Positions 28,009 to 37,599 are shown, counted from the first letter of the stretch. The stretch is 64,000 bases of DNA from Myxococcales bacterium (GCA_016794365.1 JAEUKB010000009.1:8355-72354); one strand, 5' to 3'. The notes: generated by a model not told the origin, from the sequence alone. Translations and numbers: made by a program.

Positions 28009-29178
28009 TTACTCGGCTTGGTGCGGATGTCTGCGTCGGGGCGCTGGTGGTGGCGGATGGGCGACGGGCTCAAACGGCAGCGAGAGCTGGAGCGGCCCGG
28101 TGGTTGCCGCCTTGTCGGATCGGGCGTGGGCCTGGACGGCTGGCTGATCATCGTCGGTCAGACCATGTAGCGACACGCCGAGCAGGCGGATCGGACGCTG
28201 TCCGGCGGACGTTTTATCGAGCAGCGCGATGGCTCGCTGGGTGAGCTGGACGGGATCGCGGGTGACGCTTTCGCCACTTTCGCTGCGGGTGATGGTCTGG
28301 AAGTTGTCGTAGCGAACCTTGAGGGTGACGGTGCGTGCAAACTGTCCGTGACGAACCAGCCAGTCGCAGCACTCTTGGGTCAGGCTGCGGACTTCGTCTT
28401 GGATGCGGACCTTGTCGAGTAGATCGCTTGGATAGGTGGTTTCACTGCCGACGGACTTGCGCTCGCGGTGTGGCTCGACGGGGCGATCGTCTTCACCGTA
28501 GGCTAGGCGCAGGAGCAGGCGTCCGAAGCTGCCGACGAGCTGAGTGAGATCCTCTTCGCTGCGGGTGCGGACATCTTGCAGGCGCTCCAGTCCGGCGGCG
28601 CGGAGCTTTTTGGCAGTGACGGGCCCGACGCCCCACAAGGCATCGATGGGAAGCTGGGTCAGAAAGTGCTCGACGCGCTCTGGGGCGATGACGGTCAGTC
28701 CATCGGGCTTGCGCCAGCCTGAAGCAATCTTGGCCAAGAACTTGTTCGGAGCCACACCCGCCGACGCGGTGAGCCCAGTCTGCGACTTGATCTCTTGCTT
28801 GATGCGACGCGCGACCTCGACGCCAAGGGGCTGGTTCCAGGCATTTTCGGTGACATCCAGGTAGGCTTCATCGAGCGAGAGTGGCTCGACGAGCGGTGTG
28901 ACCTGGCGAAAGATGGCAAAGACCTGCTCTGAAGCGGCTTTGTAGCGGGCAAAGTCGGGCGGAACCACCCGAAGCTGCGGACACAGCGTGAGCGCGCGCG
29001 ACATCGGGATGGCCGATCGGACACCGAACTTGCGGGCTTCATAGCTGGCGGCTGCGACGACTCCGCGATGGGTTCCACCGACTGCGACAGGCTGGCCGCG
29101 TAGCTCCGGGCGATCGCGCTGCTCGACCGATGCGAAGAACGCATCCATGTCCACATGCAGGATTCGACGCACAGGCAT
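28009..29178 (-). CDS. dinB: DNA polymerase IV (Y-family)
   Basis: ILHVDMDAFFASVEQ, SLDEAYLDVT catalytic motifs; little-finger domain. Confidence 0.9.
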   Translation of the reverse strand: MPVRRILHVDMDAFFASVEQRDRPELRGQPVAVGGTHRGVVAAASYEARKFGVRSAIPMSRALTLCPQLRVVPPDFARYKAASEQVFAIFRQVTPLVEPLSLDEAYLDVTENAWNQPLGVEVARRIKQEIKSQTGLTASAGVAPNKFLAKIASGWRKPDGLTVIAPERVEHFLTQLPIDALWGVGPVTAKKLRAAGLERLQDVRTRSEEDLTQLVGSFGRLLLRLAYGEDDRPVEPHRERKSVGSETTYPSDLLDKVRIQDEVRSLTQECCDWLVRHGQFARTVTLKVRYDNFQTITRSESGESVTRDPVQLTQRAIALLDKTSAGQRPIRLLGVSLHGLTDDDQPAVQAHARSDKAATTGPLQLSLPFEPVAHPPPPAPRRRHPHQAE

Positions 29179-29215
29179 GGCGTGGGACGGCGCACACAGC
29201 GCAAGCGAGGGAGGG

Positions 29216-30418
29216 TTACTTGGCTGCGTCTTTGCTGGGACGACTGCGCAGGCCTCGGGTCAGACGGGCTTTGACCTCGATGTGCTGCCGTTCTTTGTAG
29301 GCTTCATGGCTGGACTCGCCCTGCTCGTTGGTGATGGCGGTCTGAGCGTCCATGACCTGGAACTCGGTCAGCACGTAGACAACTGCCGAGGGCTCAAACG
29401 GAACATCCTGCAAGCCAACGTGATCGATGATTTGACCGACGCGCAGCGGCAGATCGGCGACGAAGTTAATGACGCGATAGGACGCCGAAGAGAAGAAGTT
29501 GGGCTGAAGCGCAGGAATGTTGATCTCGGCGTCGGGCTGTAGCTCTGATCGGAAGCGGCGGGTTGCTGGCTGAACGTCGAAGATCTTTTCAAACGGCAGC
29601 AAGGTGTTCACCGACTGACCGGGCACCACGTAGTTAAACGGAACAAGTCGATTGCACAGCTCACGAATGACCGCGCCGAGATCTTCCCAGCGACGTGTGA
29701 TCAGGCGGAAGCGGATCTTGTCATAGACGTGGGCGGCCAGGGTGTCACGCTTGGCAAGGAGCTTGGTGATCAGGCTGTCGCGCTCTTTGCGGCTCCAGGC
29801 AAACTCGACGATGGGAAAGCCCGCAGAGCGCATCTGATCGACGATCTGAACGACCTTGGATTCGATGAGCCCGAACACCTGATCGTCGGAAACGGGCAGC
29901 TTGAACAGGACTTCGCGTCCGTCCAGATGCTGAAGCACATGCATCACCTTGAGGACGATGCAGGCATAGGTCTGATAGCGCGCTCGTCGCGAAGCCAGCA
30001 GCAGCAGCTCATGGGCGGGGACACCTTCGGCGACTTCTTCGGGAATGCGATAGCCAAAGTGCCGGGTCAGGTATTCCACGGCTTCGGCACGGAGATTTTC
30101 GAGTCGCTCCATGTCCTCGGCGCTGTCGGGCTCGAACTCGTTGACGCGCAGGAAGCGATGGACTTCGTCGAGATCGGAAAACGCGAGCTGATGCCAGTCC
30201 ACCACCGAGCTGCCCGCGAGCAGCATCCGAATCGCTTCCAGATCGAGCAGAGAGAAGCTGGAGCCATCATCGACAGCCGACTCGCGACGCCCAAGTGAGA
30301 CGCGACCCGAGCCCGGATCGGCAAGGCCACCGCTTTGTGGCACCGCAGAGCGTGAGACCGAAGGCGCAATCGATCCAGAGGTTGGCTGCGATGCGGGGTG
30401 AAGCGTCTCGTCGTTCAT
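29216..30418 (-). CDS. RelA/SpoT-like nucleotidyltransferase-fold protein (possible small alarmone synthetase-like), function unknown
   Basis: RKERDSLITKLLAKRDT (R.K...S...K), DKIRFRLI (D-x-x-G/R-x-R-h-I) and EFQVMDAQTAITNEQGESSHEAYKE, which parallels the RSH synthetase E-h-Q-I-R-T ... H-W-K-Y-K-E motif. Confidence 0.45.
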   Translation of the reverse strand: MNDETLHPASQPTSGSIAPSVSRSAVPQSGGLADPGSGRVSLGRRESAVDDGSSFSLLDLEAIRMLLAGSSVVDWHQLAFSDLDEVHRFLRVNEFEPDSAEDMERLENLRAEAVEYLTRHFGYRIPEEVAEGVPAHELLLLASRRARYQTYACIVLKVMHVLQHLDGREVLFKLPVSDDQVFGLIESKVVQIVDQMRSAGFPIVEFAWSRKERDSLITKLLAKRDTLAAHVYDKIRFRLITRRWEDLGAVIRELCNRLVPFNYVVPGQSVNTLLPFEKIFDVQPATRRFRSELQPDAEINIPALQPNFFSSASYRVINFVADLPLRVGQIIDHVGLQDVPFEPSAVVYVLTEFQVMDAQTAITNEQGESSHEAYKERQHIEVKARLTRGLRSRPSKDAAK

Positions 30419-30735
30419 GTGGTAGCCCTCGTGTGAAAACCGCCTCGGTGGATGTCGGGCCTGCGCGCTGGCGGCTTACACGGGTCGGCTTCTTAGCGCG
30501 ACCGGGCACAAGACACAAGCGCAGTGGGCCTTTCTTACACTGTCTGACTCGGCGGTCTTAGGTAAAGCGTCGTTTGGTGACGGTCTGCCGCGCCGGAGGA
30601 CAGGTGCTGGCAAACTCGGTCGATGTCCACGACTTACAGGCTAGCTGCTGGATCTGACCGTGCCAGGGCATTGAGCAGGACGATGCGCGATGAACAAAGG
30701 TGGTGCGTGGTGGATCGGGAGATCGCTTGCGGCGG

Positions 30736-31464
30736 TTAGTCGTATTTGCCGCTGCTTTCGGCATCTAGCTCTTCGCGCAGAAGGGCCAGAGCGCGGGCAT
30801 GCAAGCGTGAGGTCCAGGACTTGGACAGGCCCATGCTGGCACCGACCTGCTCCAGCGTTTGATCGTGGTAGTAGTACTGCTCGATCAGAAAGCGCTCTTT
30901 GTCGGGGAGCCGCTGCATCACCCGGCGAACCCGTCGCGCCATCTGCTGGCGTTCGAGTAGCTCCGGTGGAGGCGGTCGCTCATCGGGAAGCTGCTGCTCG
31001 TCGCGCTGGTCGAGCATGGTCACGAACACCGCCGCGATGCCACCGAGTGCGCTGGCTAGCTCTTTGACGCGCTCTTCGACCTGGGTGCCGCTGCCTGCTT
31101 CGGTTCCGCGCTCAGCCTGGGCCTGGATGTAGCTGTTGGCCTTTTCCTCGAATCGGACGCGGGCGTACTCACTGCGCGGCAGCCAGCCCATCGATCGGAG
31201 CCCGTCAAACATGGCACCTCGGACGCGGTAGTACGCAAAGGTCGTAAAGGCGACGCCGTGACGGTCGTCGTAGCGCTGTGCGGCCTCTAATAGACCTTGC
31301 ATGCCGAAGCCGACCAGATCATCGAACTCGACCATCGGCACTTGCTCGCGCAGCTTGCGTGCAATCGAGCGGACAAACGGGATGTGATCTTCAACCAGCC
31401 GCCGTTGGTCTTTCGCTGCCGGCTTCCCTGGAGCTGCGGCGGACGCTGGTTTCGACTCGGCCAT
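30736..31464 (-). CDS. RNA polymerase sigma factor, sigma-70 family (FliA/WhiG/SigB-like group 3)
   Basis: Region 2 (FTTFAYYRVRGAM), region 3, and a region 4.2 HTH (LEQVGASMGLSKSWTSRLHARAL). Confidence 0.8.
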   Translation of the reverse strand: MAESKPASAAAPGKPAAKDQRRLVEDHIPFVRSIARKLREQVPMVEFDDLVGFGMQGLLEAAQRYDDRHGVAFTTFAYYRVRGAMFDGLRSMGWLPRSEYARVRFEEKANSYIQAQAERGTEAGSGTQVEERVKELASALGGIAAVFVTMLDQRDEQQLPDERPPPPELLERQQMARRVRRVMQRLPDKERFLIEQYYYHDQTLEQVGASMGLSKSWTSRLHARALALLREELDAESSGKYD

Positions 31465-31550
31465 TTGAGTCAGTATACCGCGTGGCCGGGGACTTTTGTG
31501 GGCTTACCGCGCGTGAGCGGCTGGCGCACGGTGCGTAGTGGACCGAGTGA

Positions 31551-32423
31551 TCAGCGACGCAGCGGCCAGGTCGTTATGCCCATCGCAGCCACCACCAGCA
31601 GGGCACCCAGGTAGCCGCGCATGCCAAGCTGGGTCTCTTTGAGCAGCACGTCCAGCAACAGCGCGAGCACCGGCTGCACCAGCCCAAGCGTGGACAGTAC
31701 CGACAGATCCATGCGTCGCAAAAGGGCCAGGTAGACGCTCCAGGCGACGACGCTACCGAGCACTGCCAGAAACAACAGCGCCAGGTGGGCTTCCATCGGT
31801 GCGGCAGCGATGCGCGGCAGCGGCTCTCCTCGGAGCGGTGCCAGCAAGAGCAGCGTCAGCGCGGTATACAGCAAAAAATACAGCGTCGAGACGAGCGGCG
31901 ACAGATCCCGGGCATAGCGCTTGAGCAGCGCGCCATAGATCGGCCACATCACCGCCGAAGCCAACAGGGCAAACAGCATCGCGTTGACCTGCGCTGCACC
32001 GAGCGTCTGACCTTCCCAGAACAGCGCGCCAATGCCGAGCAGCCCGAGCGACATCCCGGCAACCCGACGAAGCAGAAGCTGCTCCAGACCGAACAGGCGC
32101 GCCACCAGCAAGGTAAACAGTGGGCTGGCTGCACAGATGACGGCGGCGGTGCCTCCTGACAGGGTCAGCTCTGCGACGTAAATGCAGGCGTAGCCAAGGC
32201 CGTTGACCAGCCCGGCAATGATCAGCGCTAGGTGCTGCTTTGGACCTTGGGGAAGGCGCAGCGGTAGCTTGCGCACGCGAACAATCGCAAGGAGCAGCAG
32301 CGTTGCAATGAAGAAGCGCAGGCTGGCTCCATACATCGGTGGATAACCCGTCAGGCAGACACGGATCGCGTGCCAGGTCGTTGACCAGATCAGGCACAGC
32401 AGCAGATAGCCAAGGATTTCCAC
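31551..32423 (-). CDS. EamA/DMT-family transporter
   Basis: 10 TM helices in two EamA repeats. Confidence 0.75.
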   Translation of the reverse strand: MEILGYLLLCLIWSTTWHAIRVCLTGYPPMYGASLRFFIATLLLLAIVRVRKLPLRLPQGPKQHLALIIAGLVNGLGYACIYVAELTLSGGTAAVICAASPLFTLLVARLFGLEQLLLRRVAGMSLGLLGIGALFWEGQTLGAAQVNAMLFALLASAVMWPIYGALLKRYARDLSPLVSTLYFLLYTALTLLLLAPLRGEPLPRIAAAPMEAHLALLFLAVLGSVVAWSVYLALLRRMDLSVLSTLGLVQPVLALLLDVLLKETQLGMRGYLGALLVVAAMGITTWPLRR

Positions 32424-32526
32424 GCTGCGCAGAAGGGTACGAAGTTCGCCCGGCGGTTGGCAACGATTCTTAGGCTTTCAGTGCGAGACGGTGTCGTGTA
32501 ACAATCGCCGCCGCTCGAGACTGACC

Positions 32527-32727
32527 ATGAACGAACGAAAGTGCCGCTGCGGCTACGACATATCCCACCCGCTCGTAATTCCGGAACCTGAGTACACAGC
32601 GTGGGGTTGGTTCTTGCTGATGATGGGGGCGACGCCCAAGCCCAAGCGGGCGCTGTATCGCTGTGAGCGCTGCAATCAGGTGCTCGCTACGACGCGCGAT
32701 GAGTCGGTCCTGCGTGAGTTTTCGTAG
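32527..32727 (+). CDS. Small zinc-ribbon protein
   Basis: MNERKCRCGYD...RCERCNQ (CxC...CxxC). Confidence 0.4.
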   Translation: MNERKCRCGYDISHPLVIPEPEYTAWGWFLLMMGATPKPKRALYRCERCNQVLATTRDESVLREFS

Positions 32728-32781
32728 CAGCTCAACAGGGCTCTTTTATCGCTGTGCGCGGTTGGCTGGGCCGGTGCGGGA

Positions 32782-34089
32782 TCAGCTACGACGCTGACAG
32801 AGCAGCGCAATGTGGCCAAAGCTTGGATCGGCTGCGGGCAGGATGCGCAGCGGCGGCCAGCCCGAGCGAGTGAGCAGCTCACGCAGCGCGGGCAGGGGAA
32901 ACATGCGCTGACGCAGCATCGAAAAGCGTCGGACCGATGACACGGGCTGCGGCTGGCGGGACTCGATGGTCGCGACCAAGCTGGATGCGATGCTGCCGGG
33001 CACTTGACCCAGGTCTCCGGGCTCGCGAGTCAGCGTGATGCGCGTCGGATGATGCGGACTTCGCCCGATTTGACGGTAGAGCGGCTCGCTTAGCCACTGC
33101 GTCAGCAGCTGCCAGTGGATGCGCGCGTCATCGTGGCCCAGTGCGGACTGTTCCGGCAGCTGCTCCGTTGTGATCGGCGCATCGACCAGCAGCAAGTCCC
33201 CGGTGCGCGCAACGCTACCGAGCGTGTCTTTGAGAAAGCGCGCCTCGCTGTCGAGGTGTTGGAGCGTCCCGAGCAGCACAAATACACGCTGTCTTCCGAC
33301 GGGTGACATGCGCGAAAACAGCTCGGTGTAGGTCGGTAGCTCGTGGAAGTTGCCAGCGATCGCCAGCACCGTTGTGTCGGTCTGCTCGCGGAGCCGGGTC
33401 GCAGCCTGCTGATACGCCACCTGAAGCAGCGACGGACAGATATCGAGCAGCCACAGGTCCAGTCGCTGCATACGCTGAGCCCGCAGGTGCTGGAGCAGCC
33501 TGACTTCCAAGTGTCCGTCGCCCGGTCCCAGCGCAACCACGGTCAGATCACGATCGATCTGGTGTGCCAAGATGGCTTCGGCCCAGCGCTCAAGCGGTAG
33601 GTGCTGACGGCGATGCTGCTCTTCGGGACTGCGCCGCAAGTAGCGTAGATAGGCAAGCGCGCTGTGCGACGATAGATAGAGCTGGCTTTGCTCGATGTGA
33701 CCTCCTGCGCCTGCGAGCGTGCGATCCAAGTCTTCGAGGAGCGCCAGCGGATCAAAGTGCGCGATCACGTAGCCGCTTACGCGTGGAACCGGCGGTGCCA
33801 AGTGTGCCAGCGACTTCGATAGATCCAGGTGCGACAGCGGTAGCTCGGTGGGCGAAAGACGCAGCGCTTCGACCAGCAGCAGCCGCAGCAGCGTCGCTCG
33901 CGTCGGTCGGGTCTGGCCCGCTTCGAGCAGCTTGATGGTTGCTTCCGAGAGCTTCGCCAACTTGGCGAGCCTGCGTCGGGAAAGTCCGGCTGATTCTCGA
34001 CGCACACGCAGAAGCTGCGAAAACGCAAGAAAGGGCGAGTCAACGTCCGACGAAGCGGAGACGGGATGCAAGATGCTGGGTGCTGACAT
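32782..34089 (-). CDS. XRE-type HTH fused to an EgtD-like (Methyltransf_33) SAM-dependent methyltransferase-fold domain
   Basis: N-terminal LSRRRLAKLAKLSEATIKLLE HTH. The C-terminal region is collinear with EgtD: LTVVALGPGDGHLE ~ LVELGSGTSEK; LWLLDICPSLL ~ FIPFDVDAGVL; AIAGNFHELP ~ AVCGDFEEHL; RVFVLLGTLQHL ~ RLVVFLGSTIGNL. Confidence 0.6.
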   Translation of the reverse strand: MSAPSILHPVSASSDVDSPFLAFSQLLRVRRESAGLSRRRLAKLAKLSEATIKLLEAGQTRPTRATLLRLLLVEALRLSPTELPLSHLDLSKSLAHLAPPVPRVSGYVIAHFDPLALLEDLDRTLAGAGGHIEQSQLYLSSHSALAYLRYLRRSPEEQHRRQHLPLERWAEAILAHQIDRDLTVVALGPGDGHLEVRLLQHLRAQRMQRLDLWLLDICPSLLQVAYQQAATRLREQTDTTVLAIAGNFHELPTYTELFSRMSPVGRQRVFVLLGTLQHLDSEARFLKDTLGSVARTGDLLLVDAPITTEQLPEQSALGHDDARIHWQLLTQWLSEPLYRQIGRSPHHPTRITLTREPGDLGQVPGSIASSLVATIESRQPQPVSSVRRFSMLRQRMFPLPALRELLTRSGWPPLRILPAADPSFGHIALLCQRRS

Positions 34090-34200
34090 GACGAACTCTG
34101 CGCGATCCGAGGAGCCGCAAGGGCGACGCAGCCCTTTTCGCAGACGAGTCCGCCTGATGAGAAATACATTGAGGTGTCAATGTGTCGATTTCGCTGCGGA

Positions 34201-35808
34201 TCAGTCGCCAACGTGGTCTAGACGCATGATGCCGCGACGGGTTGCGACCACGCGCGTGCGCGACATGGTCTTCTTATCGCTGGTGTGATCATGGGCGACG
34301 AGCAGGACGTTCAAGTGATAGACCTGCGGAATCTCGGCGGAGCGAAAGCGTCCCGTCTCATAGTCGTAGAAGCGAACCTGCGAGACCGGATCGTCCAGCC
34401 GCGTCAGCACTTCCGCCAATGACAGACGCAGAAGCTCTTGCACTGCAAACCCGGCGGGCACCGGAGAGTTCCCCGCTCCGAGGACAAGCTGACGGTGATA
34501 GTGAAGGATCTGCTCTGATTCCGAGGTCACGCCCTGAACGGTGCGATGGAGCAGTCGCTGCGCCAGCACATCGGCGGGAACCTGCGGCTCGCTGATGAAG
34601 CGCACTCGCTCGCGCGCACGTCCGGCGATGCTCCCGAAGCCGACTTCTTCCAGCGTGTCGAAGGTGAGCTGCCGATCGTGATCCCAGCGCAAGATGCGCG
34701 ACGACAGGCTCTGCCGCGTCCATTCCTTGATGCGATCTTTGAGCACGTAGGCCACCACCGCGAAGGTCAGCAGCAGCCCTTGGTGATCGCGCGCCAGGTC
34801 ATAGTTGAGCAGCGGCACCTGCGCCAGCGTCGCCCACGTCGCGGCCAGTCCTGCTGCCACCATCGCTGCGCTGTTGCGATAAAACGGGTCCGAGTCCGCC
34901 TGTCTGGTATCGATGTAGAGCGCGCGCTCGAGCGTGTCTTTGATCCGATCGATGCGATACGAGTAGTACTCGGGCGCGTCTCCCCACGGTGTGGCAAAGC
35001 CTTGGTCGAGTCGGTAGCGGTTGACCTGCTCGATGGTGCGTCCGAGTCGAACCCGCAGCCGAGTCGCCGTCGCAGAGCCATCACGCAGCTCGGGAAGTCC
35101 TTCGATCAGCTCTGCCAGCTCTGCCAGCTTGAGATCGATGACGGCGCTGACGTATTCCTCGGCGAACGCCAGCGCTTGCGGGACTTCTTTGGGCTGAAGC
35201 GGTGCGAAGGCTGCGACCTTGGCGCGCAGTCGATGCATGCTGCCCAGGGCTCTGAGCATGTGATTGGTTGCTTTTTCCAAGCTCTCGACGAGTCGATTGC
35301 GATCCGTCGGAGCCTTTTTGGCATGACCCACCAAGGTTCGGAGCACTTCCACTTCCGTAGCTGCGGCGTCGGCGACTTCCGCACTGTAGAGCTGCGCTAG
35401 CTTGACGAGCGCACTTGCTCGTGGCGCATCGTCGGTGAGCAGCAGCGGAAGCTGTTGTCGCAGCATCGTACCCGGATTGCGTGGGCTGTTCAGATCTGCC
35501 AAGTCCGCCAGCAGAACCGTCGGTGAGTGCAGTCGCATCCGAATCGAGGCATCGCGATAAAAATCCCCGAGCGAATAGCTGGTTGGACTGACGCCCCACG
35601 ACTGCGGAAAAAAGAAATACGCATCCAGCGTGTAGGTTCGTTCCGGGCTGTTCTTGTGCGGCAGTGCGACGAGCTGCGTGATTTCCAAGGTGCGCGGATC
35701 GGGCGCGGTAAGCTGCGGCGGTTGACCGAGTCCCTCGCTGGTACGACGAATCGGCTCTCGACGAACCAGCCGTGCGGGCAGCAGTCTGCTTACGCGAGGG
35801 GCAGCCAC
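34201..35808 (-). CDS. Conserved hypothetical protein (possible membrane-associated)
   Basis: 535 aa with two hydrophobic segments; no catalytic motif recognised. Confidence 0.45.
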   Translation of the reverse strand: MAAPRVSRLLPARLVRREPIRRTSEGLGQPPQLTAPDPRTLEITQLVALPHKNSPERTYTLDAYFFFPQSWGVSPTSYSLGDFYRDASIRMRLHSPTVLLADLADLNSPRNPGTMLRQQLPLLLTDDAPRASALVKLAQLYSAEVADAAATEVEVLRTLVGHAKKAPTDRNRLVESLEKATNHMLRALGSMHRLRAKVAAFAPLQPKEVPQALAFAEEYVSAVIDLKLAELAELIEGLPELRDGSATATRLRVRLGRTIEQVNRYRLDQGFATPWGDAPEYYSYRIDRIKDTLERALYIDTRQADSDPFYRNSAAMVAAGLAATWATLAQVPLLNYDLARDHQGLLLTFAVVAYVLKDRIKEWTRQSLSSRILRWDHDRQLTFDTLEEVGFGSIAGRARERVRFISEPQVPADVLAQRLLHRTVQGVTSESEQILHYHRQLVLGAGNSPVPAGFAVQELLRLSLAEVLTRLDDPVSQVRFYDYETGRFRSAEIPQVYHLNVLLVAHDHTSDKKTMSRTRVVATRRGIMRLDHVGD

Positions 35809-37313
35809 AGCTGTGTCTCCAACGTGGTGGTCTCGACTTCACCGCCGAGCGGCTCGATGAGCGGACGGATCAGCTCCAGCGTGTGGCTGTGGAGTCCGCC
35901 GTCGAAGTGCAGACGAATGCGCACTGGCTCTACAGCAACACCGACGGACAAGCGCTCTGACGAGGCGGGACTGGCGGTGACGATGGCGCTCAAGACCTCG
36001 GCGATGGCGGTTGGCATGCGACCTTCGGCGTCTGCGATGTGACGCGGCGGCTGAATGCCCGCCAGCCCTTCCCACGCAACATCGAGGCTGTGTCCATTTT
36101 CGATCAGCATGCTGCGCGCTTCTTGCTCAGCCTGCGTCAGCACGTCCACCAGCGGTCGCGCCACCACATCTTCGAGAGACGGCAGCAGCGACACGTCAAC
36201 CACCGCACTGGCTGCCCCGATAAACACCCGCAGCGGCGCCATCCCCGGACGCTTGAGGACATGCAGGAGTCCTTGTAGCGGCTCTCCGTCGGTCAGTTCC
36301 AGGGAAATCGGCTCGGCTTGACCGTCGTTTTCCGCCAGCTTGAGCACGCTCTGGACCTTGGGATGTTCCGCAAACTCGTTCATGCGCGCGCCCGCTTCGG
36401 GTCCAGTGAGCCGCAGCGCCCGTCGGCCCTCTCCGTTACACGCGACCAGCTTGCCTTTTTCTTCAAAGATCACGCACGCACACGGGAGCGCATCGACGAG
36501 CTGCGACAGGAGCGCTTCGCTCATGCCCGCTGACAACAGTCGTCGTCGCAAATCCGTCGCCATTTGGTTGAGCACGCGCGCCACGTCGCCCACTTCGTCG
36601 TTGGTCGGCTGAAGCACTTTTACGCCCAGATCGCCAGACGCCAGGCTCTGTGCCATGGAGCTGACGCGCTGAAGCGGACGAACAAACAGGATCGCTGCGA
36701 TCAGGGAAAACAGGATCGCGACCGACGCCGCAGCAGCCATCGCATTGAGCAAAAAGCGCATCGTTCCACTCGTCACAGCTTCGATGCTATCGACGGAAGT
36801 GGCCAGACGCAGCACGCCAAACGGCTGGTTTTTGGCATCGACCATCTGACGCGCGACATACAGCGTCTCGATGTCGGTTGTCTCGGAGTGTCGTCGCGCA
36901 TAGCCCACGCCTTGCATGCCTGGCCAGAGCGGCAGACCCTCGGGCTTGCTCTCGGGTTCCGACATCGCCATCTTCACCTCGGATCGAGATGCGTGGTTGA
37001 TCGTCAGCGGACGCACCACCGAGCTATCGAACAGCACGTCGCCCGCGAGTGACATGTAGGTCAGTCGATGCGTGCTGACCTCGCCGAACTTGACGAGCAG
37101 GCTCAGGCGCTCTGACTCGGGCACGCTGCGCAGCGTCTCTGCCACTTTTTGAATCTGCGTGGACATGCGCAGCGCCGATTCGCGCAGCAAGTCACCTTGC
37201 AGCACGACGCGGATATAGAAAAACGTCGGACCGGCTCCAAGAAAGAGCACCCCGAGGTACGAGATCAGCAGCTTGACGGGTAACGGAATGCGCGGCATGG
37301 CGGAAAGGCGCAT
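35790..37313 (-). CDS. Membrane sensor with HAMP domain and degenerate histidine-kinase-like C-terminus
   Basis: N-terminal TM, periplasmic region, second TM, then HAMP (PLQRVSSMAQSLASGDLGVKV...VGDVARVLNQMATDLRRRL). The C-terminus is ATPase-like (FDGGLHSHTLE), but no canonical H-box is seen. Confidence 0.6.
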   Translation of the reverse strand: MRLSAMPRIPLPVKLLISYLGVLFLGAGPTFFYIRVVLQGDLLRESALRMSTQIQKVAETLRSVPESERLSLLVKFGEVSTHRLTYMSLAGDVLFDSSVVRPLTINHASRSEVKMAMSEPESKPEGLPLWPGMQGVGYARRHSETTDIETLYVARQMVDAKNQPFGVLRLATSVDSIEAVTSGTMRFLLNAMAAAASVAILFSLIAAILFVRPLQRVSSMAQSLASGDLGVKVLQPTNDEVGDVARVLNQMATDLRRRLLSAGMSEALLSQLVDALPCACVIFEEKGKLVACNGEGRRALRLTGPEAGARMNEFAEHPKVQSVLKLAENDGQAEPISLELTDGEPLQGLLHVLKRPGMAPLRVFIGAASAVVDVSLLPSLEDVVARPLVDVLTQAEQEARSMLIENGHSLDVAWEGLAGIQPPRHIADAEGRMPTAIAEVLSAIVTASPASSERLSVGVAVEPVRIRLHFDGGLHSHTLELIRPLIEPLGGEVETTTLETQLWLPLA

Positions 37314-37411
37314 AACAACACGAAAATCACCCGGAGCAAGGAGACTTTTTACTTGCCAGGGAGCCTAAGACCACGGTATCCCTTGCGGCCTCTGGCACTC
37401 CCGTCAGGTCT

Positions 37412-37485
<74 letters not shown>

Positions 37486-37490
37486 CTGTA

Positions 37491-37521
37491 GGTTCCCAAA
37501 AAGGGGTGGGAACCTGGTTAT
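37491..37521 (+). terminator. Hairpin immediately 3' of the tRNA (GGTTCCCA-aaaagggg-TGGGAACC) followed by a short U-containing tract
   Basis: Perfect 8-bp inverted repeat at 37491-37498 and 37507-37514. Confidence 0.45.
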
Positions 37522-37599
37522 GCGGTGACTGTTGGCCGCGCAGCTTATGGCTTCAAGGTCGTGAGTCCTTGGCGTGAGGCTCGTATCTGCGCTGCGCTG

